From Candidatus Doudnabacteria bacterium (GTDB lineage: Bacteria > Patescibacteriota > Doudnabacteria > UBA920 > O2-02-FULL-48-8), in the NCBI GenBank assembly GCA_039931165.1, contig JBDTSL010000001.1:2214-66213 (forward strand): 64,000 nucleotides of DNA, written 5' to 3'. Shown piece by piece: positions 11,170-19,505 of this stretch; position 1 is the stretch's first letter, and each line of letters opens with the position of its first letter. The notes under the pieces were generated by a model. It was not told where the DNA came from, made no database searches, and worked only from the letters and a program-made list of their open reading frames with translations. A program made the translations under genes and the position numbers.

Positions 11170-11343
11170 AATCTTCCTGACTTTCGTTAGGCGGGTTAAT
11201 TATTTAGTTTATTTGTATTTCGAACCATGCGGTCTGTGAATCTAGCTTTTTTAGTGTCTTTTTTATGAAAATAGCTTCTGTACATATTATGATATGCTTT
11301 ATGGTAAATGTCAAAACTAACGCTGTGGATAACAGCTTATACC

Positions 11344-11373
11344 AAAACCACCTGCTGATGCAGGTGGTTTTTT
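11344..11373. terminator. Intrinsic terminator-like hairpin
   Basis: AAAACCACCTGC-tgat-GCAGGTGGTTTTTT. Confidence 0.7.
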
Positions 11374-11383
11374 ATGATTCGGT

Positions 11384-11490
11384 TTTTGCGAGCGACCGCT
11401 TTTGAAGCTTGAGATCTGGCGGGAGCGAATCAATCTCATCTTTAATTGAGATTGCTTCGTCGTCCCGATAAATCGGGACTTCTCGCAAAA
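11384..11490. repeat. Dispersed palindromic (REP-like) element, GCGAG/GCAATC family, copy 1
   Basis: TTTTGCGAG...CAATCTC...GAGATTGCTTCGTCG...CTCGCAAAA. Confidence 0.8.
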
Positions 11491-11502
11491 TTGAGAGAAA
11501 AT

Positions 11503-12645
11503 TTAAAGCGCTTTTTTTCTTCGGGCAATGTAGAGCAGGAACAAAACCGCGACTATGCCAATTGGCAGGATCACATTCCAGGGAGTCGCTTTTTGCGCCG
11601 GATTAAATCCTGTAGCTGCCAGCCCGAGGCCGGGTGGCGGAGTAACTGCTACTGGCACAGGAGTGACCACATTTGCCGTATTTACGATGGTGCAGCCGGT
11701 CGTAAGGCCTGCTACAACCGTGATCGAGCCGCAAGTGGATGAATTTTGAGTCCAGCCGGACGGCACTACTTCCGTGGCTGAATAAACTCCTGGGGTAAGA
11801 CCGCTTTGGGTATGTGATCCGGTTCCTGCCGAGGTTGAAATGCTGAAACTAGAGAAGCCGGCGCCGGTGGTGTTAAAGTTGAATGTGCCATTGCCTCCGA
11901 CCGCTGTTTTATTTACGGTAATTGATCCTGTGGCCGGAAGTCCAGAAGCGCATACCGGTGTGGTAATCGTATTGAGAGAGGTGGTGACGGTTCCGCCAAA
12001 TGCCAGGACTCTCCCTGTCCAAGTAGCGAGGTTGCCGAGTGTAATGCCCGAAGCATCGATGTCCCGGCCTACGAAGGCAGAGTTTGCTCCAAGCGTTGTG
12101 GCAGCGCCCGGGGTCCACCAGACATCACAAGAGGTCGCGCCATTGGAGGCCGTGACCACGGAATTGGCCACAGTGGTAAGCGCTCCGGTCATCCGGAAAA
12201 TGTATACGCCGGCGCCATTCAGAGTAATTCCGCCGGTTCCTACGTCAGCCGCGCCCAGAACGCAATATACTCCCGGTGTGTAAACGCCGACCGGACCGTG
12301 TGTGGTATCGGCAGCGAGGTCAATTGCCCCGGGTGCGAATGTAAACGTACACGGCTGGCTGTTCAGGGCAGACAAAGCCGCTCCCTGATCTATGCCGGCC
12401 TGGGCATAAGTAGCATCAGCCGTATGGGTGACGCCAGTGACTGTGGGCGCTACAGCAGGCCCGGTGGTATATCCCAGATCGCCGTTAATGACGGTCCCGA
12501 CCAAAGTGTTGGTATAGGAACCGGAAAGAACGGTAAAGCTGTTGGCCGTCCCAAGGCCCGGTGACGTTGCCGCGTTGGCTGTGACCCCAACCATAAGAAC
12601 AGCGGCCAATAAAATGATAGTGAACAGGATATTAATCTTTTTCAT
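11503..12645 (-). CDS. DUF3494 (ice-binding-like) surface protein with one Ig/prealbumin-like domain and sorting signal
   Basis: PGLGTANSFTVL, GVYTPGVYC, ITLNGAGVYIFR, CDVWW; GSITVNKT..GVYSATE domain; LAATG + TM + RRKK. Confidence 0.85.
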   Translation of the reverse strand: MKKINILFTIILLAAVLMVGVTANAATSPGLGTANSFTVLSGSYTNTLVGTVINGDLGYTTGPAVAPTVTGVTHTADATYAQAGIDQGAALSALNSQPCTFTFAPGAIDLAADTTHGPVGVYTPGVYCVLGAADVGTGGITLNGAGVYIFRMTGALTTVANSVVTASNGATSCDVWWTPGAATTLGANSAFVGRDIDASGITLGNLATWTGRVLAFGGTVTTSLNTITTPVCASGLPATGSITVNKTAVGGNGTFNFNTTGAGFSSFSISTSAGTGSHTQSGLTPGVYSATEVVPSGWTQNSSTCGSITVVAGLTTGCTIVNTANVVTPVPVAVTPPPGLGLAATGFNPAQKATPWNVILPIGIVAVLFLLYIARRKKAL

Positions 12646-12792
12646 AGTTTGTTTTTAATTATTATATTTTTTTCAAAAGTTACAACTTGTTTAAATTATA
12701 AATAAATCTCCTATAAAAAGCAAGCTCTCTGTGGATAACTGATCACATTGAAAATTATTGCAAAAAATCCTGTGGCATGGTATATTTCAGGC

Positions 12793-13041
12793 ATGGAGCT
12801 GCAAATTTTCGCCCAAACCTTTTTTTTTCTCACCGCTTCGGTTGCGATTATCGTATGCGGGGTGCTGTCCGCGATCGTAATGTACCAGCTGATCTTCATT
12901 ATGAAGCATCTGGAACATATTTCCGATAATCTCGACGATACGGCGGATGATTTAAAAAACCGGGTGAAAGACATGCTCGATAGACTAGAAGAGATCCCGT
13001 TGCTTTCTTATTTTTTTAAAAAAAGAAAAAAAAGGTCGTAA
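12793..13041 (+). CDS. Small membrane protein with coiled coil (DUF948-like)
   Basis: MELQIFAQTFFF TM helix then heptad-rich segment; ATG shortly after TGGTATATT extended -10. Confidence 0.6.
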   Translation: MELQIFAQTFFFLTASVAIIVCGVLSAIVMYQLIFIMKHLEHISDNLDDTADDLKNRVKDMLDRLEEIPLLSYFFKKRKKRS

Positions 13042-13063
13042 TATATTTAAAGGAAAAAACAAT

Positions 13064-13408
13064 ATGCCAAACAAGACGGGTGCGAAAAAATCTCATAAGG
13101 GTTTAATGTGGGTTTCGGGAGCGGTGATAGGTGCCGCGCTTGGAGCAGGCGCTGTGGTCCTGGCCGAATCGAAGATGGGCAAAGACATGTGGAAGCAGGC
13201 GAAACAACAAAGCAAGGATTTCGCCAAATACTTGGCCCCCAAGGTGAAAAAAATCAAACAAATGGGCGAATCCCAATATAAAAAGATGGCCAGCGAGGCT
13301 ATGCAATCGTACAAAAAAAATAAAAATCTTTCCCGCGCTGAAGCAGACCATCTTTTGAAAGCAGCTCGGGCATCCTGGAAACACATGGTAAAAAAAGCAA
13401 AGGTCTAA
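13064..13408 (+). CDS. YtxH-like protein
   Basis: GAVIGAALGAGAVVLA followed by Lys-rich helix; AAGGA RBS; follows DUF948-like gene. Confidence 0.6.
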   Translation: MPNKTGAKKSHKGLMWVSGAVIGAALGAGAVVLAESKMGKDMWKQAKQQSKDFAKYLAPKVKKIKQMGESQYKKMASEAMQSYKKNKNLSRAEADHLLKAARASWKHMVKKAKV

Positions 13409-13424
13409 TCGTTTCAATTGCTAC

Positions 13425-13455
13425 AAAAAGAACTCCTAACTAGGAGTTCTTTTTT
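13425..13455. terminator. Bidirectional intrinsic terminator
   Basis: AAAAAGAACTCCTA-ac-TAGGAGTTCTTTTT between convergent units. Confidence 0.85.
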
Positions 13456-13474
13456 AATTATTCAGGAATTTCAT

Positions 13475-13555
13475 TGGAGCCCCCGGGTAGAATCTCCCGC
13501 CTTTGGCGGGATCCCGCCGTCCTTTAAAATTAATTTCGGTGGCGGGAGAACTCAC
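13475..13555 (-). pseudogene. tRNA 3'-half remnant with hairpin insertion in the T-loop
   Basis: Minus strand GTGAGTTC[53-bp insert]GATTCTACCCGGGGGCTCCA; no 5' half. Confidence 0.55.
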
Positions 13556-13606
13556 ATTATTTATCTGGAGCCGAAGGTCGGGATCGAACCGACGACCTCT
13601 GCTTTA

Positions 13607-13727
13607 CCCCCCAACACCAAATTAAAATGCCTAATGGAGCCGACGGTCGGGCTTGAACCGACAACCTGCGGTTTACGATACCGCTGCTCTACCAGTTGAG
13701 CTACGTCGGCATGATTTGGTGTGGGGG
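13607..13727. mobile_element. Inverted-repeat element with TTTA flanks carrying a tRNA gene
   Basis: TTTA-CCCCCCAACACCAAAT ... ATTTGGTGTGGGGG-TTTA. Confidence 0.75.
13635..13710 (-). tRNA. tRNA-Thr(CGT), intact, nested
   Basis: GCCGACG acceptor, GCGGT-ATCGTAA-ACCGC anticodon arm, GTCGG-TTCAAGC-CCGAC T arm, encoded CCA; all stems paired. Confidence 0.95.
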
Positions 13728-13787
13728 TTTACGAAAGCATTGCTCTACCAACTGAGCTACGCCGGCATAAGACAAATTATACCACAG

Positions 13788-14966
13788 CTAATTAAATGAC
13801 TGGGAGTCAGTATTGAAGCCGCCGCCGGACGACATGCACCATCGGATATACTCGCTATTTTTCAGCTCCGCGCAATCCGCGCTGAGCTTTGCCGGATCAG
13901 TGGTCCAGCTTTTTATATTGCTGCCCAAATTCTTAAAGCAAGCCTCCTGAAAATTGCTGTTCAGCTGGGCGCAAAAATCTCCGATCTTATTTGTTTGGCC
14001 GACATAGCGTCCTGACAATCCGTCCACTACTCCCAATTGGCAAATTTGAACATAGTTCGCGCTTGGCATCAAACTGCAGGAATTTTCCATTTTCGCGTAA
14101 TCTTGGGTCGAGCCGACCTGATTGGTGCCGATGATATGAAAACATCCCTCCCTGTAAATTTCGGGAACCTTCATGCACAAATCTGCGTTCTTCTTCCAGT
14201 CATATTTGCTTAACTCGGCAAAATACGAACTTTGATACTGGTAGCAAATATTCAAATAGCGGGTTGCCAGAGCATCACAGGGATACATGGGATCGGATGC
14301 CTTCAGAAATTCGGTCGGATGAGCGGTATTGGTTGAGCTTGAAGAATTTTCCATAAAAACCCCGCCATAACAAATCGTTGGTTGATTGCCTTCCAGCTTG
14401 TCGCACAATGCCAACGACTTATTTAGATCCGTATCCGTGATAAACATCATAGCATGCCCTATGCCGTGGACGCATTCGGAATAAAACCTCGGGCTGGTAT
14501 AATCAGAAATTTTCCCGCATGCGGTTTGAAGCGCTTCCGTGATCTTGGGACTGTCCGGATCTGTCAGAGACAAGTGTTTGTCCCAAAAATACGATTCCAT
14601 GACGCCGTGATAAAACCCGCCCCAGCAAACCGGGTTGGCCCTGGAATATACTTTGGACACGCTCCCCTCCTGTTCATATGCCTTCCTGCCGATGTAATGG
14701 GTCAGTTCGTGACAGCGGCTGAATATTTCGGGATACTGTTCGTTGTCTTTCAAAAGCTGAAGAATTTTTACATAATCCCATTTCGCCATTAAAGTCCCTG
14801 CGACTTGCATGTAACAATTGTCGCTCAATTGCTTTTCCCCGCAGGGTCTCATCTGCGAGCGCAGAAACTGGGAATCGGAAATGGTTTGATTTGGATGCGA
14901 CAAAACAAAAAACATGCCTCCGGCAATAAGCAATATCCCGGTTATATAAATTAAATTCCTGTTCAT
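13788..14966 (-). CDS. Membrane-anchored Cys/His-rich hypothetical protein
   Basis: N-terminal TM (start MNRNLIY); CHELTHYIG, CWGGFYHG, CVHGIGH, CYGGVFMEN motifs; many spaced Cys. Confidence 0.75.
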   Translation of the reverse strand: MNRNLIYITGILLIAGGMFFVLSHPNQTISDSQFLRSQMRPCGEKQLSDNCYMQVAGTLMAKWDYVKILQLLKDNEQYPEIFSRCHELTHYIGRKAYEQEGSVSKVYSRANPVCWGGFYHGVMESYFWDKHLSLTDPDSPKITEALQTACGKISDYTSPRFYSECVHGIGHAMMFITDTDLNKSLALCDKLEGNQPTICYGGVFMENSSSSTNTAHPTEFLKASDPMYPCDALATRYLNICYQYQSSYFAELSKYDWKKNADLCMKVPEIYREGCFHIIGTNQVGSTQDYAKMENSCSLMPSANYVQICQLGVVDGLSGRYVGQTNKIGDFCAQLNSNFQEACFKNLGSNIKSWTTDPAKLSADCAELKNSEYIRWCMSSGGGFNTDSQSFN

Positions 14967-15370
14967 TGCTTGAATTTCTTGTAATTCTCGATCGGTTGAT
15001 GAAGCCAATCCGGAAAATCTACTTTTGGATTATTCAGATCAACCCATTTATATTCAGTGTGTTCTTCCGAAAGTTCAACACGGTCCGACTTTGGCTTACA
15101 AAGAAACATCAGCAGAGTGATTTGTTGTCCATCGTCGCGGGTAAAGTAGTGAACATCCAGGGGCATAACAACCTCAATATCCAAATTCGTTTCTTCTTTC
15201 GTCTCTCTTAGCAAACCGGTAAAAGGATTTTCGCCCGGCTCCAGCCTGCCGCCCGGAATATCCCAGGCTCCGGGCTTATGGACGTCGTTAGGCCGCCTTT
15301 TCAAAAGCAAAACTTTTTCGTCTTTGACAATAAAAGCTTTCGCTGCATTGCGAAAATTATTTTCTGGCAT
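14963..15370 (-). CDS. NUDIX hydrolase
   Basis: Nudix box GGRLEPGENPFTGLLRETKEETNL; LSEEH. Confidence 0.92.
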   Translation of the reverse strand: MPENNFRNAAKAFIVKDEKVLLLKRRPNDVHKPGAWDIPGGRLEPGENPFTGLLRETKEETNLDIEVVMPLDVHYFTRDDGQQITLLMFLCKPKSDRVELSEEHTEYKWVDLNNPKVDFPDWLHQPIENYKKFKQ

Positions 15371-15387
15371 TTTTTTAATTTTCCGAA

Positions 15388-15888
15388 CTAGTTGCTGCCT
15401 GGGCCAATCGTAATAGTACCGGCATAATTATAAAATGTGCCGCAATAATTCACTCCCGGGCTTGCCAGCGTGTTAAGGTTCTCAAGTTTATAGACGATCA
15501 TGTAAGCTCTGCCGCAAGAAAGATAAGCTATATTATAATACCCCGCTCCTGCCCAGCCGCCAGTTTGATTTAAAGGATCGAGTGGCAGTCTGGACATATA
15601 CGCGGACATAGCTGTCTGCAAAGTCGTCCAACTTGCGTCGCTACTATTGCTCCAATTAAAGTCCGGGTTGGCAGACCCTCCGGAAGAGGGATAGCCCGCA
15701 TGATCTGTGAAATATAATTCAAGTCCCGACATCATTTGTTTTACATCAGCTATCCTTTTTGCATCCCTCGCTTTTAGCCTGGCGCTGCTGAGAGACACCA
15801 AAACAATAGCGGCCAAAAGCCCGATGATCGCGATCACAACCAGAAGTTCGATTAGGGTAAACCCGTTTGATTTTTTTATTAATTGCAT
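15388..15888 (-). CDS. Type IV pilin-like protein
   Basis: Class III signal GFTLIELLVVIAIIGLLA, ARDAKRIAD, C-terminal Cys pair. Confidence 0.9.
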   Translation of the reverse strand: MQLIKKSNGFTLIELLVVIAIIGLLAAIVLVSLSSARLKARDAKRIADVKQMMSGLELYFTDHAGYPSSGGSANPDFNWSNSSDASWTTLQTAMSAYMSRLPLDPLNQTGGWAGAGYYNIAYLSCGRAYMIVYKLENLNTLASPGVNYCGTFYNYAGTITIGPGSN

Positions 15889-15985
15889 TATTGTTTTGGT
15901 TGGTTTTGTATTTTGTCAGTTTAATAATTTCTTTGACAATCTATTTTAGGTCGCAAGAATAGTTAAAAATTTATCAAGCAATTTC

Positions 15986-16059
15986 TGGAGCAGGTAGCGA
16001 GAATCGAACTCGCGCTCTATCCTTGGGAAGGACATGTACTGCCATTATACCATACCTGC
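15986..16059 (-). tRNA. tRNA-Gly(CCC)
   Basis: GCAGGTA/TACCTGC acceptor, TGTCC-TTCCCAA-GGATA, GCGAG-TTCGATT-CTCGC, CCA. Confidence 0.93.
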
Positions 16060-16139
16060 TCGTCGCAATGGGTAGACACTTCGCATTTTACTATGTAAAA
16101 ATACTGCGGTCTACCACTGCTCCTTTCGTAAAAAATATT

Positions 16140-16979
16140 CTATTTTATCCGCCAAACCCAAAACTTGTTCAGTTTCGATCTCAGCCAATTATCATAGCCT
16201 GAAGTTTGCACCAAAATGTGCTTGATGTGCCAAACTTTCTGGCCGTCCTGATCCGCAATTTCGACAGGATAAAGAATGTGATAACCCAAGCGGCTGACCA
16301 CAACATACTGCAATGTCTGTCCCAAAGGAGCGTTCAGAATGGCTTTTTCCAATTCAGGCAATAGCTGGCCTCGAGTCACAAATCCCAGATCTCCGCCTAA
16401 TTGTCCTGAGACTAAATCGCCGCTTTCTGTCTTTGCCAGTTGTTCAAAATTTCCGCCGTTGCTTAATTGCATCAATATACTCTGGGCTTTGGCGTACGCG
16501 ATTTCATTGGCGCTGAAATCCGAATTATATTTTATTCGGAGCAGAGTATCATAAACTTCCGGTTTGGCTACATATTCCCGAAACAATTCTTCATCGAAAT
16601 TAAAATATTTGTTAATAATATTTTGGAACTCCTTTTGTTTGCCGGTTTTGTAATACAGCAGTTCCTCATCAAAAATAGGGTTTAAATAAGAAACTTTCGT
16701 GATGGCCAGCAATTGTTCCTGTTGTTTGACTTTTATCAGCTGATCGGAAACTTTTTCCCGGCTTTCGTTGGGATCCAATTTTTCCGCCAATTCATGCCCC
16801 TTGTTCCAATAAGATATCGATATCATTCCCCTGCCGACGATAACTTGCGGATAAATATTTTTAAAAAAACCCGAGACCGGATCTGAAAAACCGGTTCCAT
16901 AAGACAAAGCCAGACTGATCAAAAAGACAGCGATAGCTGATGCCGAAAAATAGATAACTTTTTTACGCTTTTTTTTCAT
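16140..16979 (-). CDS. Parvulin-type peptidyl-prolyl isomerase (PrsA/SurA-like)
   Basis: FEQLAKTES, GGDLGFV, SRLGYHI, HILV; N-terminal TM. Confidence 0.85.
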   Translation of the reverse strand: MKKKRKKVIYFSASAIAVFLISLALSYGTGFSDPVSGFFKNIYPQVIVGRGMISISYWNKGHELAEKLDPNESREKVSDQLIKVKQQEQLLAITKVSYLNPIFDEELLYYKTGKQKEFQNIINKYFNFDEELFREYVAKPEVYDTLLRIKYNSDFSANEIAYAKAQSILMQLSNGGNFEQLAKTESGDLVSGQLGGDLGFVTRGQLLPELEKAILNAPLGQTLQYVVVSRLGYHILYPVEIADQDGQKVWHIKHILVQTSGYDNWLRSKLNKFWVWRIK

Positions 16980-17347
16980 TGGCCGGAGGGCTTGCTGAAA
17001 AAATAATTAAACCATTTTGTGAAATTGGACGGGCTGTTCACAATCGGATGGCTATCTGGCGCGGCGTCGCCCTGCAGAGGCAGGCCGATCACGACTTCCC
17101 CGTCCTTTTTCAGATTTAATTTCTCGCGCGCCGATTTATCCTGATAATCGGGGGTCTGGAAATATTGAATGAGGTAGCTCATCTGCTGATTGTCCGATTT
17201 GATCTTCTGAACCTGGCCCTGAAGTTTTGCGATCTCGTGGTCGATCCGGTATTTCTGGATCAAAATTTTGGCGGCGAAGCCCATGACGAAAAGCAGGGAA
17301 ATCCCCAAAATCCATGAGGCAATTCTTGATCTCAATAAATTCTGCAT
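16976..17347 (-). CDS. Septum formation initiator family protein (FtsB/DivIC-like)
   Basis: TM + coiled coil + AREKLNLKKDGEVV. Confidence 0.8.
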   Translation of the reverse strand: MQNLLRSRIASWILGISLLFVMGFAAKILIQKYRIDHEIAKLQGQVQKIKSDNQQMSYLIQYFQTPDYQDKSAREKLNLKKDGEVVIGLPLQGDAAPDSHPIVNSPSNFTKWFNYFFSKPSGQ

Positions 17348-17348
17348 T

Positions 17349-17453
17349 TTATCTTGATGATAATAAAGGGATCAATGTGAACAGGAGCATGGCTCCGATC
17401 ATGAATACAGCGAACACGATAGATAATTTTTGGAGTAATTTTCTGTTTCGCAT
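17349..17453 (-). CDS. 34-aa single-TM membrane protein (not in ORF track)
   Basis: MRNRKLLQKLSIVFAVFMIGAMLLFTLIPLLSSR*, stop 1 nt before next ATG. Confidence 0.6.
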   Translation of the reverse strand: MRNRKLLQKLSIVFAVFMIGAMLLFTLIPLLSSR

Positions 17454-17519
17454 AAAATAGCGTTTAGCGGTTAGGGTTTAGCGTCTAGAGGTTTAGATCT
17501 ATACGCTCTACGCTATACC

Positions 17520-19292
17520 CTACTTCTTAAGAATTGCCAGAAATGCTTCTTGCGGGATATCGACAGACCCGATCCTTTTCAGCCTCTTTTTACCTTTTTT
17601 CTGCTTTTCCAAATGTTTCATTTTGCGCGTGACGTCCCCTCCATACAATCCCTTGGTCACGTCTTTGCGCACCGCGGAAATCGTTTCGCGGGCGATGACT
17701 TTTCCGCCGATCACGGCCTGTATCGCGATCTCAAATTGCTGGCGGTGGATCAAGGACTTGAGTTTTCCCGCCAAAGACCGGCCTTCTTCTTCAGCCAGCT
17801 CCCTGTGGACTATCATTGACAGAGCATCGACTTTCTCCGAGGCCACCAGAATATCCAACTTCACCAGATCCCCGACCCGATAATCCAGCAATTCATAATT
17901 AAGCGAGGCGTAGCCTGACGAAACACTCTTAAGTTTATCATAAAAATCGATGATGATGTTGGCCAGCGGCATTTCGGCAGTGATCAAAACCCGTTCGTTG
18001 CTCAGGTACTCCATATTTTTGTATATTCCCCTCCGCCCGGTGATCAGTTCCAGGATCCCGCCGATGTATTTTTGCGGGACCAAAATTTCCACATCCACCC
18101 AAGGTTCTTCCAAACTTTCGAACAAAGACGGGTCCGGAAGCTCAGCCGGAGTGTGAATTATTTTCTTTTCCCCATTCCTAAGATTGATCTTATATTCAAC
18201 CGAAGGCGCGGTCAGCACCAGATCCAAGCCATACTCGCGCGTAAGCCGCTCCTGGACAATATCCATATGAAGGAGGCCCAAAAACCCGGTCCTGAAACCG
18301 AAGCCCAACGCCGGAATACTTTCCGGTTCAAATTCCAAAGCCGCATCATTTAACTTCAATTTATCAATGGCATCGCGAAGCAAAGGATAATCGTCACCGG
18401 ATGTGGGAAAAATACTGGCGTAAACCATCGGCTTCACTTGTTTATATCCCGGCAGCTGCTGGACCTTCGAATCCACAGTAGTCACCGTATCCCCGACTCT
18501 TGCTTTGCGCACATCCCGCAGGCCGGTGACTATGTAACCGACCTCTCCGGTCAGCAATTCTTTGGATGGAAAATATTTGGGATGGAAATACCCGACCTCC
18601 AAAGCATCAGCTCCGGTTTTGGTACCCATGATCACTATTTTTTGGTTTTTGGTCAGCTCGCCGTCCACCACCCGCACAAACGTCACAACTCCGCGATGAA
18701 TGTCGTAGGTGGAATCAAAGATCAGCGCCCTCAAAGGTTTATCTGAATCTCCCGTTGGCGCAGGCACTCTTGTGACCACTTCTTCCAGGATCTTTTCCAC
18801 TCCTTCGCCGGTTTTTCCGGACGCGTACAAAATCTCTTCGTCGGTAAAGCCAAACGCTTTTTTTATCTCTTCCGCGGTTTTTACCCGATCAGAGTTCGGC
18901 AGATCAATTTTGTTCACCACCGGAATTATTTTCAAATTATGGGCCTGGGCCAAATGAATATTGGCCAAAGTCTGCGCCTCGATCCCTTGCGTCGAGTCCA
19001 CGACCAAAATCGCGCCTTCACACGCTGCCAATGACCTGCTAACCTCATAAGTAAAATCCACATGCCCTGGAGTGTCAATTAAATTCAAAATATACCCTTT
19101 CCATTCCATGCGGACGGGCTGTAATTTGATCGTAATTCCACGCTCGCGTTCCAGATCCATGGTATCCAAAAGCTGATCCTTCATCTCGCGCTTGGATACT
19201 GTTGACGTCATTTCCAAAAGCCGGTCGGCCAAAGTGGACTTGCCGTGGTCAATGTGGGCGATGATGCAAAAATTACGAATTTTGTCTTGCAT
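17520..19292 (-). CDS. lepA: Elongation factor 4
   Basis: IRNFCIIAHIDHGKSTLADR, DTPGHVDF, GFLGLLHM, YGGDVTRK. Confidence 0.98.
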   Translation of the reverse strand: MQDKIRNFCIIAHIDHGKSTLADRLLEMTSTVSKREMKDQLLDTMDLERERGITIKLQPVRMEWKGYILNLIDTPGHVDFTYEVSRSLAACEGAILVVDSTQGIEAQTLANIHLAQAHNLKIIPVVNKIDLPNSDRVKTAEEIKKAFGFTDEEILYASGKTGEGVEKILEEVVTRVPAPTGDSDKPLRALIFDSTYDIHRGVVTFVRVVDGELTKNQKIVIMGTKTGADALEVGYFHPKYFPSKELLTGEVGYIVTGLRDVRKARVGDTVTTVDSKVQQLPGYKQVKPMVYASIFPTSGDDYPLLRDAIDKLKLNDAALEFEPESIPALGFGFRTGFLGLLHMDIVQERLTREYGLDLVLTAPSVEYKINLRNGEKKIIHTPAELPDPSLFESLEEPWVDVEILVPQKYIGGILELITGRRGIYKNMEYLSNERVLITAEMPLANIIIDFYDKLKSVSSGYASLNYELLDYRVGDLVKLDILVASEKVDALSMIVHRELAEEEGRSLAGKLKSLIHRQQFEIAIQAVIGGKVIARETISAVRKDVTKGLYGGDVTRKMKHLEKQKKGKKRLKRIGSVDIPQEAFLAILKK

Positions 19293-19505
19293 AGTGAACT
19301 TATTCTACCATGCATTGACCAGAATGCCCATCAGTTACAGTAAGGTTGCTGCGCTCTTTTTTATTCCATTTTTTCTTCTCCAGCGAAGATGCGGCACAAA
19401 AAAGAATTTGAGGCCAAAGCGGCTTAGCCGCCGCGAGGCCGAAACTTAGGCAGAAATTTGCGTCCAGCACATTTCTGCCGTCTTTTTTTGCCGCATCCGA
19501 GCGAC

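Larger units (their letters stand above)
13566..13766 (-). pseudogene. Split (outer) tRNA-Thr(CGT) interrupted in the anticodon loop
   Basis: 13732-13766 + 13566-13606 join to a 76-nt cloverleaf GCCGGCGTAGCTCAGTTGGTAGAGCAATGCTTTCGTAAAGCAGAGGTCGTCGGTTCGATCCCGACCTTCGGCTCCA with two stem mismatches. Confidence 0.8.

Noticed and set aside
13418-13699. 93-aa plus-strand ORF
   Set aside because: Antisense translation of tRNA sequences and a terminator.
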